64,000 nt of DNA from Candidatus Kaiserbacteria bacterium (lineage in GTDB: Bacteria > Patescibacteriota > Minisyncoccia > Phycocordibacterales > Phycocordibacteraceae): NCBI GenBank assembly GCA_016194455.1, contig JACQBN010000018.1, positions 10,669-74,668 on the forward strand, written 5' to 3'. Below the pieces are notes generated by a model that had not been told where the DNA came from, did no database searches, and saw nothing but the letters and a program-made list of their open reading frames with translations. The translations under genes and the position numbers were made by a program. This document shows, piece by piece, positions 27,740 through 37,467 of this stretch. Numbering within the stretch: position 1 is the stretch's first letter; each line of letters begins with the position of its first letter.

Positions 27740-28951
27740 ATGAAGTTCCGTGTCGTCGTGGGGGGGGAGGGCGAGGGAGAGGAGATGCGCGTTATCGAGG
27801 CGCCCTCGCGCTTCGTCGTGTACGAACAGATACAAAAAGAGGGCAGGACGGTGCTGCAAATCAAAGAAAAAAGTTCTTTCGCGCTTCCTCCGTGGCTTAC
27901 TATGAGCATCGGTTCGGGGGTAAAGAAGCGGGCGATCGTAACGATGGCGAAGAACCTCTCTGCGATGCTCTCCGCCGGACTCTCGCTCTCCCGCGCACTC
28001 TCGGTCATTGAACGACAGTCACCCTCCAAGCGTCTTAAAACGATCTCTGCTGGACTTGGAGAGGCGGTCAAGAGAGGATCGTCGCTCCATGATGCCCTCT
28101 CCGCCTACCCGGCTGTCTTCTCCGGTCTCTTCGTCGCAATGGCGAAGGCGGGCGAGGAATCCGGGACGCTTGCAAACGCACTCTCGGTAGTCGGTCTCCA
28201 GATGGAGCGCTCCGAGGAGCTCCGCCGGAAGATTAAGGGCGCGATGATTTACCCCTCCATCGTGGTCACTGCGATTGTCATCGTCGGCATCCTTATGCTC
28301 GTCTATGTGGTGCCGACCTTGACCAAAACCTTTACCGAACTCGGGGTTGCCGTGCCGCTCACGACCCAGCTCATCGTTGCCGCTTCAAATTTTATGGTTG
28401 CGAACGCGCTCTTTGTGCTCACCGGACTCGTATTCCTTATCCTTGGCGGAGCGATTTTCTTCCGCTCGCGGACGGGGAGCGCGCTGGTGCTCTGGTCTGC
28501 GCTCCGGCTGCCGGTCATCGGAGAACTTGTGCGCGAGACGTATACCGCGCGCGCCGCGCGCACGCTCTCCTCGCTCCTCTCCTCGGGCGTGCCGGTCCTC
28601 GAGGCGCTCGGGATCACGCGCGAGGTGGTCCGGGCGGGCTCCTTCGCTCGCGTTATTGAAGAGGCCCAGGCGCGCGTGAAGAAGGGTGAGCCGCTCTCCG
28701 CGGCGTTTATGGAGCACCCGAAGCTCTATCCTCTCCTTATGAGTGACATGCTCGCGGTAGGCGAGGAAACCGGAAAGCTCGCCGAGATGCTGAAGCAAAT
28801 TGCCGAGTTCTACGAGGGTGACGTGGCAGAGAAAACGAAAGACCTTTCTACGGTTATCGAACCAGTTTTGATGCTCCTCATCGGCGCGGTGGTGGGCGTC
28901 TTCGCCGTCTCCATGATCGCGCCGATTTACTCGCTCTCGTCCGCGATTTAA
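27740..28951 (+). CDS. pilC: Type IV pilus platform protein PilC/GspF
   Basis: AGEESGTL, AMIYP, VGEETGKL, IEPVLM. Confidence 0.93.
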   Translation: MKFRVVVGGEGEGEEMRVIEAPSRFVVYEQIQKEGRTVLQIKEKSSFALPPWLTMSIGSGVKKRAIVTMAKNLSAMLSAGLSLSRALSVIERQSPSKRLKTISAGLGEAVKRGSSLHDALSAYPAVFSGLFVAMAKAGEESGTLANALSVVGLQMERSEELRRKIKGAMIYPSIVVTAIVIVGILMLVYVVPTLTKTFTELGVAVPLTTQLIVAASNFMVANALFVLTGLVFLILGGAIFFRSRTGSALVLWSALRLPVIGELVRETYTARAARTLSSLLSSGVPVLEALGITREVVRAGSFARVIEEAQARVKKGEPLSAAFMEHPKLYPLLMSDMLAVGEETGKLAEMLKQIAEFYEGDVAEKTKDLSTVIEPVLMLLIGAVVGVFAVSMIAPIYSLSSAI

Positions 28952-28952
28952 T

Positions 28953-29438
28953 ATGCGCTTCGCGCGTCAGCCACAAGGATTCTCGCTCATTGAGATCGTT
29001 ATCACGCTTTTCATCGTCGGCGTTACGCTCGTCCTGCTACAAACCGTGCCGCGCAATCTCACGCTTGTGCGCCTCGCGAAAGATCAGGACATCGCGCTCC
29101 GAATTGTGGATTCGGAACTGGAGGTGCTGCGCGCCGGCGGCTACGCCGCATTACCCGCGAGCGGCTCCTTCTCGGCTTCCCAGCTCGCCTTGCTGCCGTC
29201 GGGTTCCGGGTCGCTCGCCGTTTCTGACTTCAACACAAAGACGAAGCAAGTGGTGGCCACTGTTTCCTGGCAGGAGCCCAGCCGCAGCACTCTTTCTTCG
29301 GTATCGCTCACCACGCTTATCACGCAGGTCGGTGGGCTCTCTGCGAATGGCGGTTCCGGCGCCTCCGGCTCCGGCGGGAGCGGATCCGGAAGCGGGTCGA
29401 ATCCTCCGTCCGGCAGCGGCAACTTAAATCAATTCTGA
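28953..29438 (+). CDS. Minor type IV prepilin with a Gly/Ser tail
   Basis: Class III signal QG|FSLIEIV. Confidence 0.85.
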   Translation: MRFARQPQGFSLIEIVITLFIVGVTLVLLQTVPRNLTLVRLAKDQDIALRIVDSELEVLRAGGYAALPASGSFSASQLALLPSGSGSLAVSDFNTKTKQVVATVSWQEPSRSTLSSVSLTTLITQVGGLSANGGSGASGSGGSGSGSGSNPPSGSGNLNQF

Positions 29439-29441
29439 AAA

Positions 29442-29993
29442 ATGCAAAACTTTGGTTTTACCTTGCTCGAGACCGTGATCACCATCGCTCTTTCCACCGT
29501 GATGATCCTCATTCTCGCGGGGCTCGCCTACAACTTCTCCTTCGTCTTTTCCTATCAGCAGAATGCGACGCAGGTGGCGGGCGGAGCGGGCCGCGTCGCG
29601 AGCGAGACGGATGCGCTCATCCGCGGCGCGAGCCAAGTCCTCTCTTCGCACACCATCGCGGGCACGACCTACACCTCCGGCGCGGGGGCGCTCGTGCTCG
29701 CGCTGCCCTCCATCGACAGCTCCGGCGCTGTGATCGCGGGCAAGAGTGATTACGCGGTTGTCTACGCGAGCAGCACGAGCGCGTATCGGCTCGTGGCGGC
29801 GGACGCCGCGAGCAGCCGCGTCTCCGGCACAAAACTGCTGACGAACAATCTTCTAGCGCTCGCTTTCGCCTTCGACAACACCGACTTCACCCAGGTGAAA
29901 GGCGTCGGAGTCGACATAAAGACCGAAACGAAGACTAAGCAGCAGACTCTCGATGAGCACCGCTACCAGGTTACCTATCTGCGCAACCACTAA
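29442..29993 (+). CDS. Minor type IV prepilin
   Basis: FG|FTLLETV. Confidence 0.85.
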   Translation: MQNFGFTLLETVITIALSTVMILILAGLAYNFSFVFSYQQNATQVAGGAGRVASETDALIRGASQVLSSHTIAGTTYTSGAGALVLALPSIDSSGAVIAGKSDYAVVYASSTSAYRLVAADAASSRVSGTKLLTNNLLALAFAFDNTDFTQVKGVGVDIKTETKTKQQTLDEHRYQVTYLRNH

Positions 29994-29996
29994 TCT

Positions 29997-31325
29997 ATGA
30001 CTCCCCGCGCACCACTCCGAGCACGCGGTCAGATTCTCATCCTCGCGCTGGTTTTCCTCGCGATATTCCTCTCGGTCGCGATTTCGCTCGTCGGCTATCT
30101 CACGGACTATGCGCGGAGCGAGCGCGTCTCGATTGCGAGCGCGCAGGCGCTTGCGCTCGCCGAGGCCGGTCTCGACGAGGCGGCGTACCAGCTGAACCAA
30201 AACGTGAGCTACGCGGGAGAGAGCGGGACCGCGCTCGGGGCCGGAACCTTCAGCGTAACCGTCGCGAGCGTTGATTCTTCCACAAAGAGGGTTACCGCGA
30301 CCGGCTTCGTGCCGTCAAGCCAGCATCCGACGGCGATCAAAACTATCACGGCTGAGGTGGGGTTGAACGCATCAAGCATCTCGTTCCACTACGGCATCCA
30401 GGCGGGGAACGGCGGCTTCAGTTTGAGCAACAGCTCGCAGATTATCGGCAATGTCTTCTCGGGCGGCCCGGTCGTCGGGAGCGGCAATGTGATCTACGGT
30501 GACGTCGTCTCTTCGGGCACGAACGGGCTCGTCTACGGAGTGCACGCAACGAGCAGCGTCTATGCGCACACCATCGGCTCCGCGAGCGCGGCCACGACCG
30601 TCGATGGCAACGCATACTACGTGAACAAGACTAATGCAACCGTCGCCGGGACCCTCTACACGAACAGCCCCGACCAGGGCACGGCGGCCTTGCCAATCTC
30701 CGACGCGCAGATAAGCCAGTGGGAGTCGTACGCCGAGGCGGGTGGCACTATCAGCTCCTGCGATTTCAGCGGCAACTATACGATCTCATCGAGCATGTCG
30801 CTCGGGCCGAAGAAGATCGCCTGCAACCTTGTGATCAAGAGCTCCTCGGGGGTGTTGACCGTTACTGGCCCGCTCTGGGTCACCGGCAACATCACCACCC
30901 AGACTGGCCCGACGATTAAGATGGACTCCGCGCTCGGCAGCACCAACGTCGCTATCATCGCGGACAAACCGACGAATACGACCGGGAGCGGGGTTATCAC
31001 GGTCGGGCAGAGCACGGTATTCCAAGGCTCGGGAGCGCAGGGTTCGTTCGTCTTCCTTATTTCGCAGAACAACAGTGCGGAGGCGGGCGGAGCGGTAGTC
31101 GCGCTTTCGCTCAACCAGGGAGCCTCCGCGCTCGTGGCCTACGCGAGCCATGGCCTCGCGAGCTTGAGCCAGAGCGTGAACGTCAAGGAAGTTACTGCCT
31201 ACAAAATAGCCCTGACCCAATCCGCGAGCGTCACCTATGATACCGGGCTGCCGAACACTATATTCCAGTCCGGACCGGGCGGCTCCTGGGACTTCGTCCC
31301 CGGAACCTACGCGATTGCGCGCTAA
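29997..31325 (+). CDS. PilX-like minor pilin with a large beta-rich C-terminal domain
   Basis: RG|QILILAL (no Glu+5), ALALAEAG motif. Confidence 0.8.
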   Translation: MTPRAPLRARGQILILALVFLAIFLSVAISLVGYLTDYARSERVSIASAQALALAEAGLDEAAYQLNQNVSYAGESGTALGAGTFSVTVASVDSSTKRVTATGFVPSSQHPTAIKTITAEVGLNASSISFHYGIQAGNGGFSLSNSSQIIGNVFSGGPVVGSGNVIYGDVVSSGTNGLVYGVHATSSVYAHTIGSASAATTVDGNAYYVNKTNATVAGTLYTNSPDQGTAALPISDAQISQWESYAEAGGTISSCDFSGNYTISSSMSLGPKKIACNLVIKSSSGVLTVTGPLWVTGNITTQTGPTIKMDSALGSTNVAIIADKPTNTTGSGVITVGQSTVFQGSGAQGSFVFLISQNNSAEAGGAVVALSLNQGASALVAYASHGLASLSQSVNVKEVTAYKIALTQSASVTYDTGLPNTIFQSGPGGSWDFVPGTYAIAR

Positions 31326-31359
31326 GCGGCGGAGAGAGTCCGGCTGCTATACTTCTCCT

Positions 31360-32103
31360 ATGTTTATCGTCGCCAACTGGAAGGCCTATGTGGAGAGCCT
31401 GGCCGAGGCGAAAAAGCTCGCGGAGCTCGCGAAGCGGCTTGCCGCGAAGACCCGGGTCTCTCTCGTGATCGCGCCGCCCGCGCCCCTCCTCGCGTTCTTG
31501 GCAGCGCGCAACCGCTCGAGCATCGGCTTTGCCGCTCAGGACGTCTCGGCGGAGACGGGCGGGGCCGAAACGGGCGAAGTGTTGGCACAAATTTCCGCAT
31601 CGGCGGGTGCGACCTATGCGATTATCGGGCACTCGGAACGCAGAGCCCGCGGAGAGAGTGACGAGGTCGTCGCGCGTAAGCTTGCGCACGCGCTCGCACA
31701 GGGGCTTATCCCAATTCTCTGTGTGGGGGAGCACGAGCGTGATGCTGAGGGCGGATATCTCACTTTCGTCCGCGAGCAGGTGAGCTCAGCGCTCGAGCCT
31801 CTCGAGCCGAAGGAACGCTCACGCGTCATCCTCGCCTACGAGCCTGTCTGGGCGATCGGGAAGACGTCCGCGGACGCGATCGTCCCAGCGGATCTGGGCG
31901 AGATGGTTCTCTATTTACGAAAATTGCTTGCAGAACTCCTGCCGGGGAAGTCCTCAGCGCGTTCGCAGGTCCTCTACGGCGGTTCAGTGGAACCCTCCGA
32001 TATCCGCGCGCTTGCGGGTGGGACACAGGTAGACGGCTTCCTTGTCGGACACGCGTCAGTTGAGCCCTCCACCTTCGCCGCGCTGGTGAAGGCCGTTGCA
32101 TGA
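31360..32103 (+). CDS. tpiA: Triosephosphate isomerase
   Basis: VANWK, IIGHSERR, AYEPVWAIG, LYGGSV. Confidence 0.96.
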   Translation: MFIVANWKAYVESLAEAKKLAELAKRLAAKTRVSLVIAPPAPLLAFLAARNRSSIGFAAQDVSAETGGAETGEVLAQISASAGATYAIIGHSERRARGESDEVVARKLAHALAQGLIPILCVGEHERDAEGGYLTFVREQVSSALEPLEPKERSRVILAYEPVWAIGKTSADAIVPADLGEMVLYLRKLLAELLPGKSSARSQVLYGGSVEPSDIRALAGGTQVDGFLVGHASVEPSTFAALVKAVA

Positions 32104-33248
32104 GAAGTGTCCGGGACATTCCTGTTTTTGAAAATATCCCCATCCTAGTGCGCGCGGCGCTCAATGAGCCACTCCAAAACGGCGTTGTTGTCGACAGCTT
32201 CCGGCTTTCTCGTGCGCAAGCGACGCTGCGTTTCCTTGCGGAGCGACATGCACGTGTCGTCGTCGCGAGTCACATCGGCGATCTTGGGACCGAGAGCCTG
32301 AAGCCGGTCGCTGAGGCACTTGGGCGGGCGCTCCGGGGTGTCTCCTTCTGCTCCTCGACTATTGGCGAGGAGGCGCGCGCTGCTATACGTGCGCTTTCAC
32401 CCGGTGGCATCCTCGTACTCGAAAATCTGCGCCGCAACCACGGAGAGACAGCGAACGATCCCGTCTTCGCCAAGGAGCTCGCGGCCTTGGCGGACGTTTT
32501 TGTAGAGGATTCCTTTGATACCTGCCACCGCGCGCACGCCTCCATCGTAGGCGTTCCGACTCTTTTGCCCTCCTACGCCGGCCTTCTGCTTGAGGAGGAG
32601 ATCGCGGCGCTTAGCGGAGCTCTCGCACCAAAAACACCTGCACTCGCCGTCATCGGCGGCGCGAAGTTTGGTACGAAAGAAGCGGTGCTTGAGACACTGC
32701 TCAGCGTCTACACCCACGTCTTCGTCGGCGGGGCACTCGCGAACGACTTCCTCAAGGCCGCGGGACAGGAGGTGGGCCAGTCGCTCGTCTCCGGCGCCGA
32801 CCCGGCTCACATTAAAAAATTGCTGGCGAACAAAAAGCTTATTCTCCCGATTGACTCGTTGGTGGTGCCGAGGGCAGCGATGGGCTCGATGGACCTACGA
32901 GGACGGGCGCGCATCGCGGGCTTCCGCGAGGTAAGGAACGACGAAGTTATTCTTGACCACGGGCCCGGGACCGAGGCGCTCCTCGCCGGGCTCGCGAAGA
33001 AGATGCACACCATTCTCTGGAACGGCCCCTTGGGGAATTACGAGAACGGCTTCACCGATGCGACCGATGGCTTCGCGCGCGCGGTCGCGGCCTCGGGCGC
33101 GCGCTCCATCGTGGGCGGCGGCGACACCGTCGCCTCAATAGAGAACTTGGGGCTCCTGCCCCGCTTCTCTTTCGTCTCGACCGGCGGGGGCGCGATGCTG
33201 GAATTTTTGGCAAAAGGTACTCTTCCAGGCATCCAGGTTCTTGGTTAA
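32100..33248 (+). CDS. pgk: Phosphoglycerate kinase (divergent)
   Basis: LENLR, HRAHAS, GGAK, WNGPLG, GGGDT, STGGGA. Confidence 0.93.
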   Translation: MRSVRDIPVFENIPILVRAALNEPLQNGVVVDSFRLSRAQATLRFLAERHARVVVASHIGDLGTESLKPVAEALGRALRGVSFCSSTIGEEARAAIRALSPGGILVLENLRRNHGETANDPVFAKELAALADVFVEDSFDTCHRAHASIVGVPTLLPSYAGLLLEEEIAALSGALAPKTPALAVIGGAKFGTKEAVLETLLSVYTHVFVGGALANDFLKAAGQEVGQSLVSGADPAHIKKLLANKKLILPIDSLVVPRAAMGSMDLRGRARIAGFREVRNDEVILDHGPGTEALLAGLAKKMHTILWNGPLGNYENGFTDATDGFARAVAASGARSIVGGGDTVASIENLGLLPRFSFVSTGGGAMLEFLAKGTLPGIQVLG

Positions 33249-33655
33249 CCCAGTTTTGCTCTGATTTTTTCTGCAATCTTTGCCGCTTCGCCCTCTGGAT
33301 AATTTTTACCGTGCCAGAGCTCATAGCCATCGTTCAGGAAGCGCGGCATCACATGCACATGCGCGTAGAAGACGACTTGCCCGGCCGCAGGAGAATTGTT
33401 CATTCCGATGTTGATGCCGTCCGCGCCAACCGCGTCCTTTATAACAGGCGCGAGCTTGTGGGCGGCGCGCATAAGGGCGGCGAAAGCGTTTGCATCGATG
33501 TCGAAAATGCTTTTCGCAAATTTCTTCGGCACCACGAGCGTGTGGCCGGGGTTCATGGGCTGGATATCGAGGAACGCGAGCGTCTCCGCATCCTCGTAGA
33601 TGATCTCGGCCGGGATCTCGCGGCGAATAATTTTATGAAAAACTGTCTCCTCCAT
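33245..33655 (-). CDS. HIT-family (Hint-type) nucleotide hydrolase
   Basis: AFLDIQP, GHTLVVPK, AGQVVFYAHVHVMPR. Confidence 0.92.
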   Translation of the reverse strand: MEETVFHKIIRREIPAEIIYEDAETLAFLDIQPMNPGHTLVVPKKFAKSIFDIDANAFAALMRAAHKLAPVIKDAVGADGINIGMNNSPAAGQVVFYAHVHVMPRFLNDGYELWHGKNYPEGEAAKIAEKIRAKLG

Positions 33656-33692
33656 GCCGGCCATACTACCATTTCGCTGTTATACTCCGCGC

Positions 33693-34112
33693 ATGCAATT
33701 CACCATCCATGCCGACGGAGGCGCGCGCGGCAATCCGGGGCCCGCGGGCGCCGGCGCAGTCATTCGCGACGAGCTTGGCACCATCATCGGCTCGGTTTCT
33801 AAATTTCTTGGGCATCAGACCAACAACTTTGCAGAATACGAAGCGGTAATCGCCGCGCTTGAAGAACTTTTTACTCTCGTGCCCGCAGGGAAACGCGCAG
33901 CGACGCAAGTGGTGGTGAAGATGGACAGCGAGCTTGTGGTGAAGCAGATGAATCGGGAATATAAAGTCAAACATCCGAACCTCAAGGCGCAGCACGCGCG
34001 GCTTATACAGCTGGCAGGCGCCTTCACCTCCGTCTCCTTCGTCCACGTCCCGCGCGAACAGAACAGCGACGCCGACCAGCTCGCGAACGACGCGATGGAT
34101 AGGGGAGCATGA
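33693..34112 (+). CDS. rnhA: Ribonuclease HI
   Basis: DGGARGNPG, TNNFAEY, DSELV, NSDADQLAN. Confidence 0.93.
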   Translation: MQFTIHADGGARGNPGPAGAGAVIRDELGTIIGSVSKFLGHQTNNFAEYEAVIAALEELFTLVPAGKRAATQVVVKMDSELVVKQMNREYKVKHPNLKAQHARLIQLAGAFTSVSFVHVPREQNSDADQLANDAMDRGA

Positions 34113-35608
34113 GCGGGTTCGTCGCGGTGCTCGGCGGGTTCGCGAGCGGAGTGTTGCTCCGCTCACTTTTCGTACTGGGCTGGCCGGTCATTGTGTTTGT
34201 TTTGCTGTTGGCAGCGCTCTGCGGCGCTGCGGCGTTCCTCCAGCCGCGCCGAGCGAGTACGCTCGGCGCGGTATTTTTTATATTCCTTGCACTCGGGATA
34301 GTGCGCGCATCGCTTGCCGACACGCCGCTCCCCACGCCCTTCGCGGCGAGCGTCAAGGAACGCGTTTCCTATGAGGGCATCGTTGTCGCCGATCCGGACC
34401 TGCGCGACGCGAACCAGAGTGTTGAAGTCCGCGTGCGGCAGGGCGACGCTTCAACAATCATGTTGGCGATTGCTTCGCGCACCCCGATCGTGCGCGTGGG
34501 CGAGCGCGTGCGCGTCTCCGGCACGCTTGAGGCGCCCGAGGCGTTCGCGGATGATAACGGCCGCGTATTTCATTATGATAAATATCTGGAGCGCGAGGGA
34601 GTACGCTTTATACTCAACTTTTCTTTCATCCGCGTGGAGGCGCCCGCGCCCTGGTACTCGCTGCCGGCTGCGCTTGCACGGGTAAAGCACACATTCCTCA
34701 ACGGCATTGCGGCGACTCTGCCCGAGCCCGATGCGTCCTTGGCCGGCGGCGTTGTGATTGGCGGGAAGTCGGGGCTCGGGAGCGATTTGCAGAGGGCATT
34801 TGCACGCTCTGGCCTCGTGCAGATCATTGTGCTCTCCGGCTACAACGTGATGGTCGTCGCCGAGTGGGTGATGTACGGCGTTGGCCTGTTCGCTCTACCG
34901 CGCCGATGGTCGGCGGCTGCGGGGGTTCTCGCCCTGCTTCTCTTCGTCGGGGTCGCGGGTGCGTCCGCTACCACGCTTCGCGCCGGGCTTATGGCGCTCA
35001 TCGCGCTCTACGCTCGGGCGACCGGCCGCTCCTACGCGGCCGGTCGCGCGCTCCTCGCCGTCGTCCTCCTCATGCTGCTTTATAATCCGCTCCTGCTTGC
35101 GTTTGATCCTGGCTTCGGGCTGTCGGTGGCGGCGACTGCGGGTCTCATTTGGCTTGCCCCGCGCATCGAGCCTTTATTTTCATTCGTGAAAAATCTTTTC
35201 TGGAAAAACGCGATTGCGACGACGCTTGCCGCACAAGTTGCCGTGCTCCCGCTCCTTCTTTACGACACCGGCACTCTCTCCTTGGTAGCTATCCCCGCCA
35301 ACCTGCTTGCCATGCCGCTCGTGCCTGCGGCAATGGCGTTCTCCGCGCTCGCAGGCCTCGCGGGAATTCTTTTCAGCGCCATCGCGCCCTTGCTCGGCAT
35401 CGTTATTGCGTTCCCCGCGTATCTCGCCATGCGATTCCTCGTCCTCCTTGCAACCGGGAGCACGGCACTCCCGTTTGCCGCGTTCATCCTTCCCGCATTC
35501 CCTTTTGTGCTCGTGCTTGCCGCCTACGCCGCACTTATTTTCTTAGCTTCGTCAAAACGTTTCTCCACGACGCTCCAGTTGAGGTTCGCGAAGAATGCGT
35601 CTACGTAA
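34109..35608 (+). CDS. comEC: ComEC competence protein (OB fold plus membrane domain, no MBL domain)
   Basis: GLVQIIVLSGYN, RAGLM, GFGLSVAAT, PANLL; many TM segments. Confidence 0.9.
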   Translation: MSGFVAVLGGFASGVLLRSLFVLGWPVIVFVLLLAALCGAAAFLQPRRASTLGAVFFIFLALGIVRASLADTPLPTPFAASVKERVSYEGIVVADPDLRDANQSVEVRVRQGDASTIMLAIASRTPIVRVGERVRVSGTLEAPEAFADDNGRVFHYDKYLEREGVRFILNFSFIRVEAPAPWYSLPAALARVKHTFLNGIAATLPEPDASLAGGVVIGGKSGLGSDLQRAFARSGLVQIIVLSGYNVMVVAEWVMYGVGLFALPRRWSAAAGVLALLLFVGVAGASATTLRAGLMALIALYARATGRSYAAGRALLAVVLLMLLYNPLLLAFDPGFGLSVAATAGLIWLAPRIEPLFSFVKNLFWKNAIATTLAAQVAVLPLLLYDTGTLSLVAIPANLLAMPLVPAAMAFSALAGLAGILFSAIAPLLGIVIAFPAYLAMRFLVLLATGSTALPFAAFILPAFPFVLVLAAYAALIFLASSKRFSTTLQLRFAKNAST

Positions 35609-36123
35609 CTCTTCTTGTCTGCGGGGACGTAATCAACCATATACGCGTGCTCCCACAGGTCGAGCGCGAGCAGGATCGGGAGCCCCGCGAGCTGGCCGAG
35701 TTCGTGATCGGCGACGAAACTCGTATGCAGAGTCACAGCAACTGGGTCGTAGTAGACGACGACCCACCCAATGCCGCGCGTAAGGGCAACTTCCTTAATA
35801 TGCGCAATAAAGTTCTTGCCGCTGCCATACTTCTCTACCGCCGCCTCCGCGAGCGCAGACTGCGAATCTCCACCCTTCCCTCCCTCAAACTGCGCAAAGT
35901 AATATTCGTGCATGCGCATCCCATCAAACTCAAACGCGAGCCGGCGACGCAGCTCTGCGACGACATAGGGCTCCACGCCGCTCTCCTTCAACTTCTGGAT
36001 CTGCTCCATAATCAAATTCACGTGCTTGACGTACCCCTCATAAAGCGCGAGGTGCACCTTAATCTGTTTCTCCGATAATCCAGTGAGCGTCGGCAGATTG
36101 AACTTTCTTGCAATGTAGGTCAT
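35524..36123 (-). CDS. Fe/Mn superoxide dismutase-family protein
   Basis: HLALYEGYV, HEYYF, RGIGW, DLWEHAY. Confidence 0.92.
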   Translation of the reverse strand: MTYIARKFNLPTLTGLSEKQIKVHLALYEGYVKHVNLIMEQIQKLKESGVEPYVVAELRRRLAFEFDGMRMHEYYFAQFEGGKGGDSQSALAEAAVEKYGSGKNFIAHIKEVALTRGIGWVVVYYDPVAVTLHTSFVADHELGQLAGLPILLALDLWEHAYMVDYVPADKKSYVDAFFANLNWSVVEKRFDEAKKISAA

Positions 36124-36257
36124 ATCCGTAGAATCTAACATGTTTAGGATTAGGCCGTGCGCGGCTACTTGACTTTATAAACCGCATGTGCTATGTTCGA
36201 CAGCAGAGTGTGCTGGTCCTTGCCGAAGGCGAGGAGGCCCTCTCGAGGGAGGACAAA

Positions 36258-36470
36258 ATGGAAAGAGAAAGAACTGAAGCGGAGGTCGCCAGGATCAGGC
36301 GGGAAGCGGCGGCGGCGGCTGAGCGGAATTTCCGCCTCGTTCCAGACAGCGAGGGAGTTGTCTTCCGCCACACATCGGCAACAGAAACGGCAGAAATTCT
36401 CGCCGGGGGACCGAGGGGGACCGAACACTTCGAAGTGTCCCCATATGAGCGAAACTTTCCACACAATTGA
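36258..36470 (+). CDS. Small orphan protein (70 aa)
   Basis: TTGACT-17-TATGTT (36169-36197), GGAGG SD, terminator 36482-36513. Confidence 0.6.
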   Translation: MERERTEAEVARIRREAAAAAERNFRLVPDSEGVVFRHTSATETAEILAGGPRGTEHFEVSPYERNFPHN

Positions 36471-36520
36471 ACAAGGGACTGGGCGGGCGCAACAAGCGCC
36501 CGCCTTTTACTTTAAATAAA

Positions 36521-37444
36521 CTACTCCGTGGGTCGTTGGTAGCCGATCTCTTGGGCAAGCTGCGCCTCAAGAACATTGGTCACGGTGCTCTGGCGCGCGA
36601 ACTCGCGCACCTTCGCGTGGTCAAGCTTCATCGTTTGAAATATTCCCTCTATATCCTTCAACGCCTCCTTATAGCAGGCGATCGTCTCCTCTACATGCGG
36701 CTTGGCGGCTCTATCCACCTGCGTCTCTGAGTACCACAGATACGCCTTGAGCTGCTTGCTGATCTGATAGAGGACTGTGAGACCGGTCACCCAGTCGCGC
36801 TGCTTTTCTTCGGTGCCCTCGTGCTCGGCCTCCCGCAGGCGTCCCATTGCTTCGATCGCTCGTTCGCGTTCAACGCCAATCACGACCTTCGGGAGCGCAA
36901 GCATATCGCGCGGCTCGGGCGCTGCCTCCGGGTTGAGCGGTTTGTAATAGGAAAGCTGCGCGAGGCGACCGCCCGTAAGGAGCTTTTCCTTTAAGTCGCG
37001 GATTTTGCCACCGATGTTCTGCGGGTCGGTCGAGAAGGTGATATCGATCGAGAGCCCGATCGGGCGCCCGCCGCGCTGTTCCACGTCCTCGACGTAGAGG
37101 TCAATGCCGTTGCGATAGTCGTCAAAGGGTGTAGTGAGTTGCGCCTTCACCCGTTCGCCGAGCCAGTGCGAGGGGCCATTGAGGCGCTGCTGGAGTACAT
37201 ACTCAAACGCACTCGCGAGAAGCGACTCGTCGTCGTGAACAAATTTTGCTTCAAGGCGTTTTACTTCGGAGCGGTCAGCCGCGAGGCGCTCCGAGCTTTT
37301 TACCTTCGCGAAGTACGAATCTTCCATTGAGAGCCGCTCCTCGTCTCGTCGCAGAGCATAGCTCTCGGCGAGCGCACGCTCGTCCAGGGAAAGTGGCTCC
37401 CGGATAGGCGGCTGCGGCGACTGGCGTAGGGATTCGGGGCGCAT
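36521..37444 (-). CDS. Hypothetical protein, possibly PD-(D/E)XK-like fold
   Basis: 307-aa ORF; DDYRNGIDLY...LSIDITFS pattern. Confidence 0.65.
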   Translation of the reverse strand: MRPESLRQSPQPPIREPLSLDERALAESYALRRDEERLSMEDSYFAKVKSSERLAADRSEVKRLEAKFVHDDESLLASAFEYVLQQRLNGPSHWLGERVKAQLTTPFDDYRNGIDLYVEDVEQRGGRPIGLSIDITFSTDPQNIGGKIRDLKEKLLTGGRLAQLSYYKPLNPEAAPEPRDMLALPKVVIGVERERAIEAMGRLREAEHEGTEEKQRDWVTGLTVLYQISKQLKAYLWYSETQVDRAAKPHVEETIACYKEALKDIEGIFQTMKLDHAKVREFARQSTVTNVLEAQLAQEIGYQRPTE

Positions 37445-37467
37445 ACGGGATACTATAGAGCGATAGT

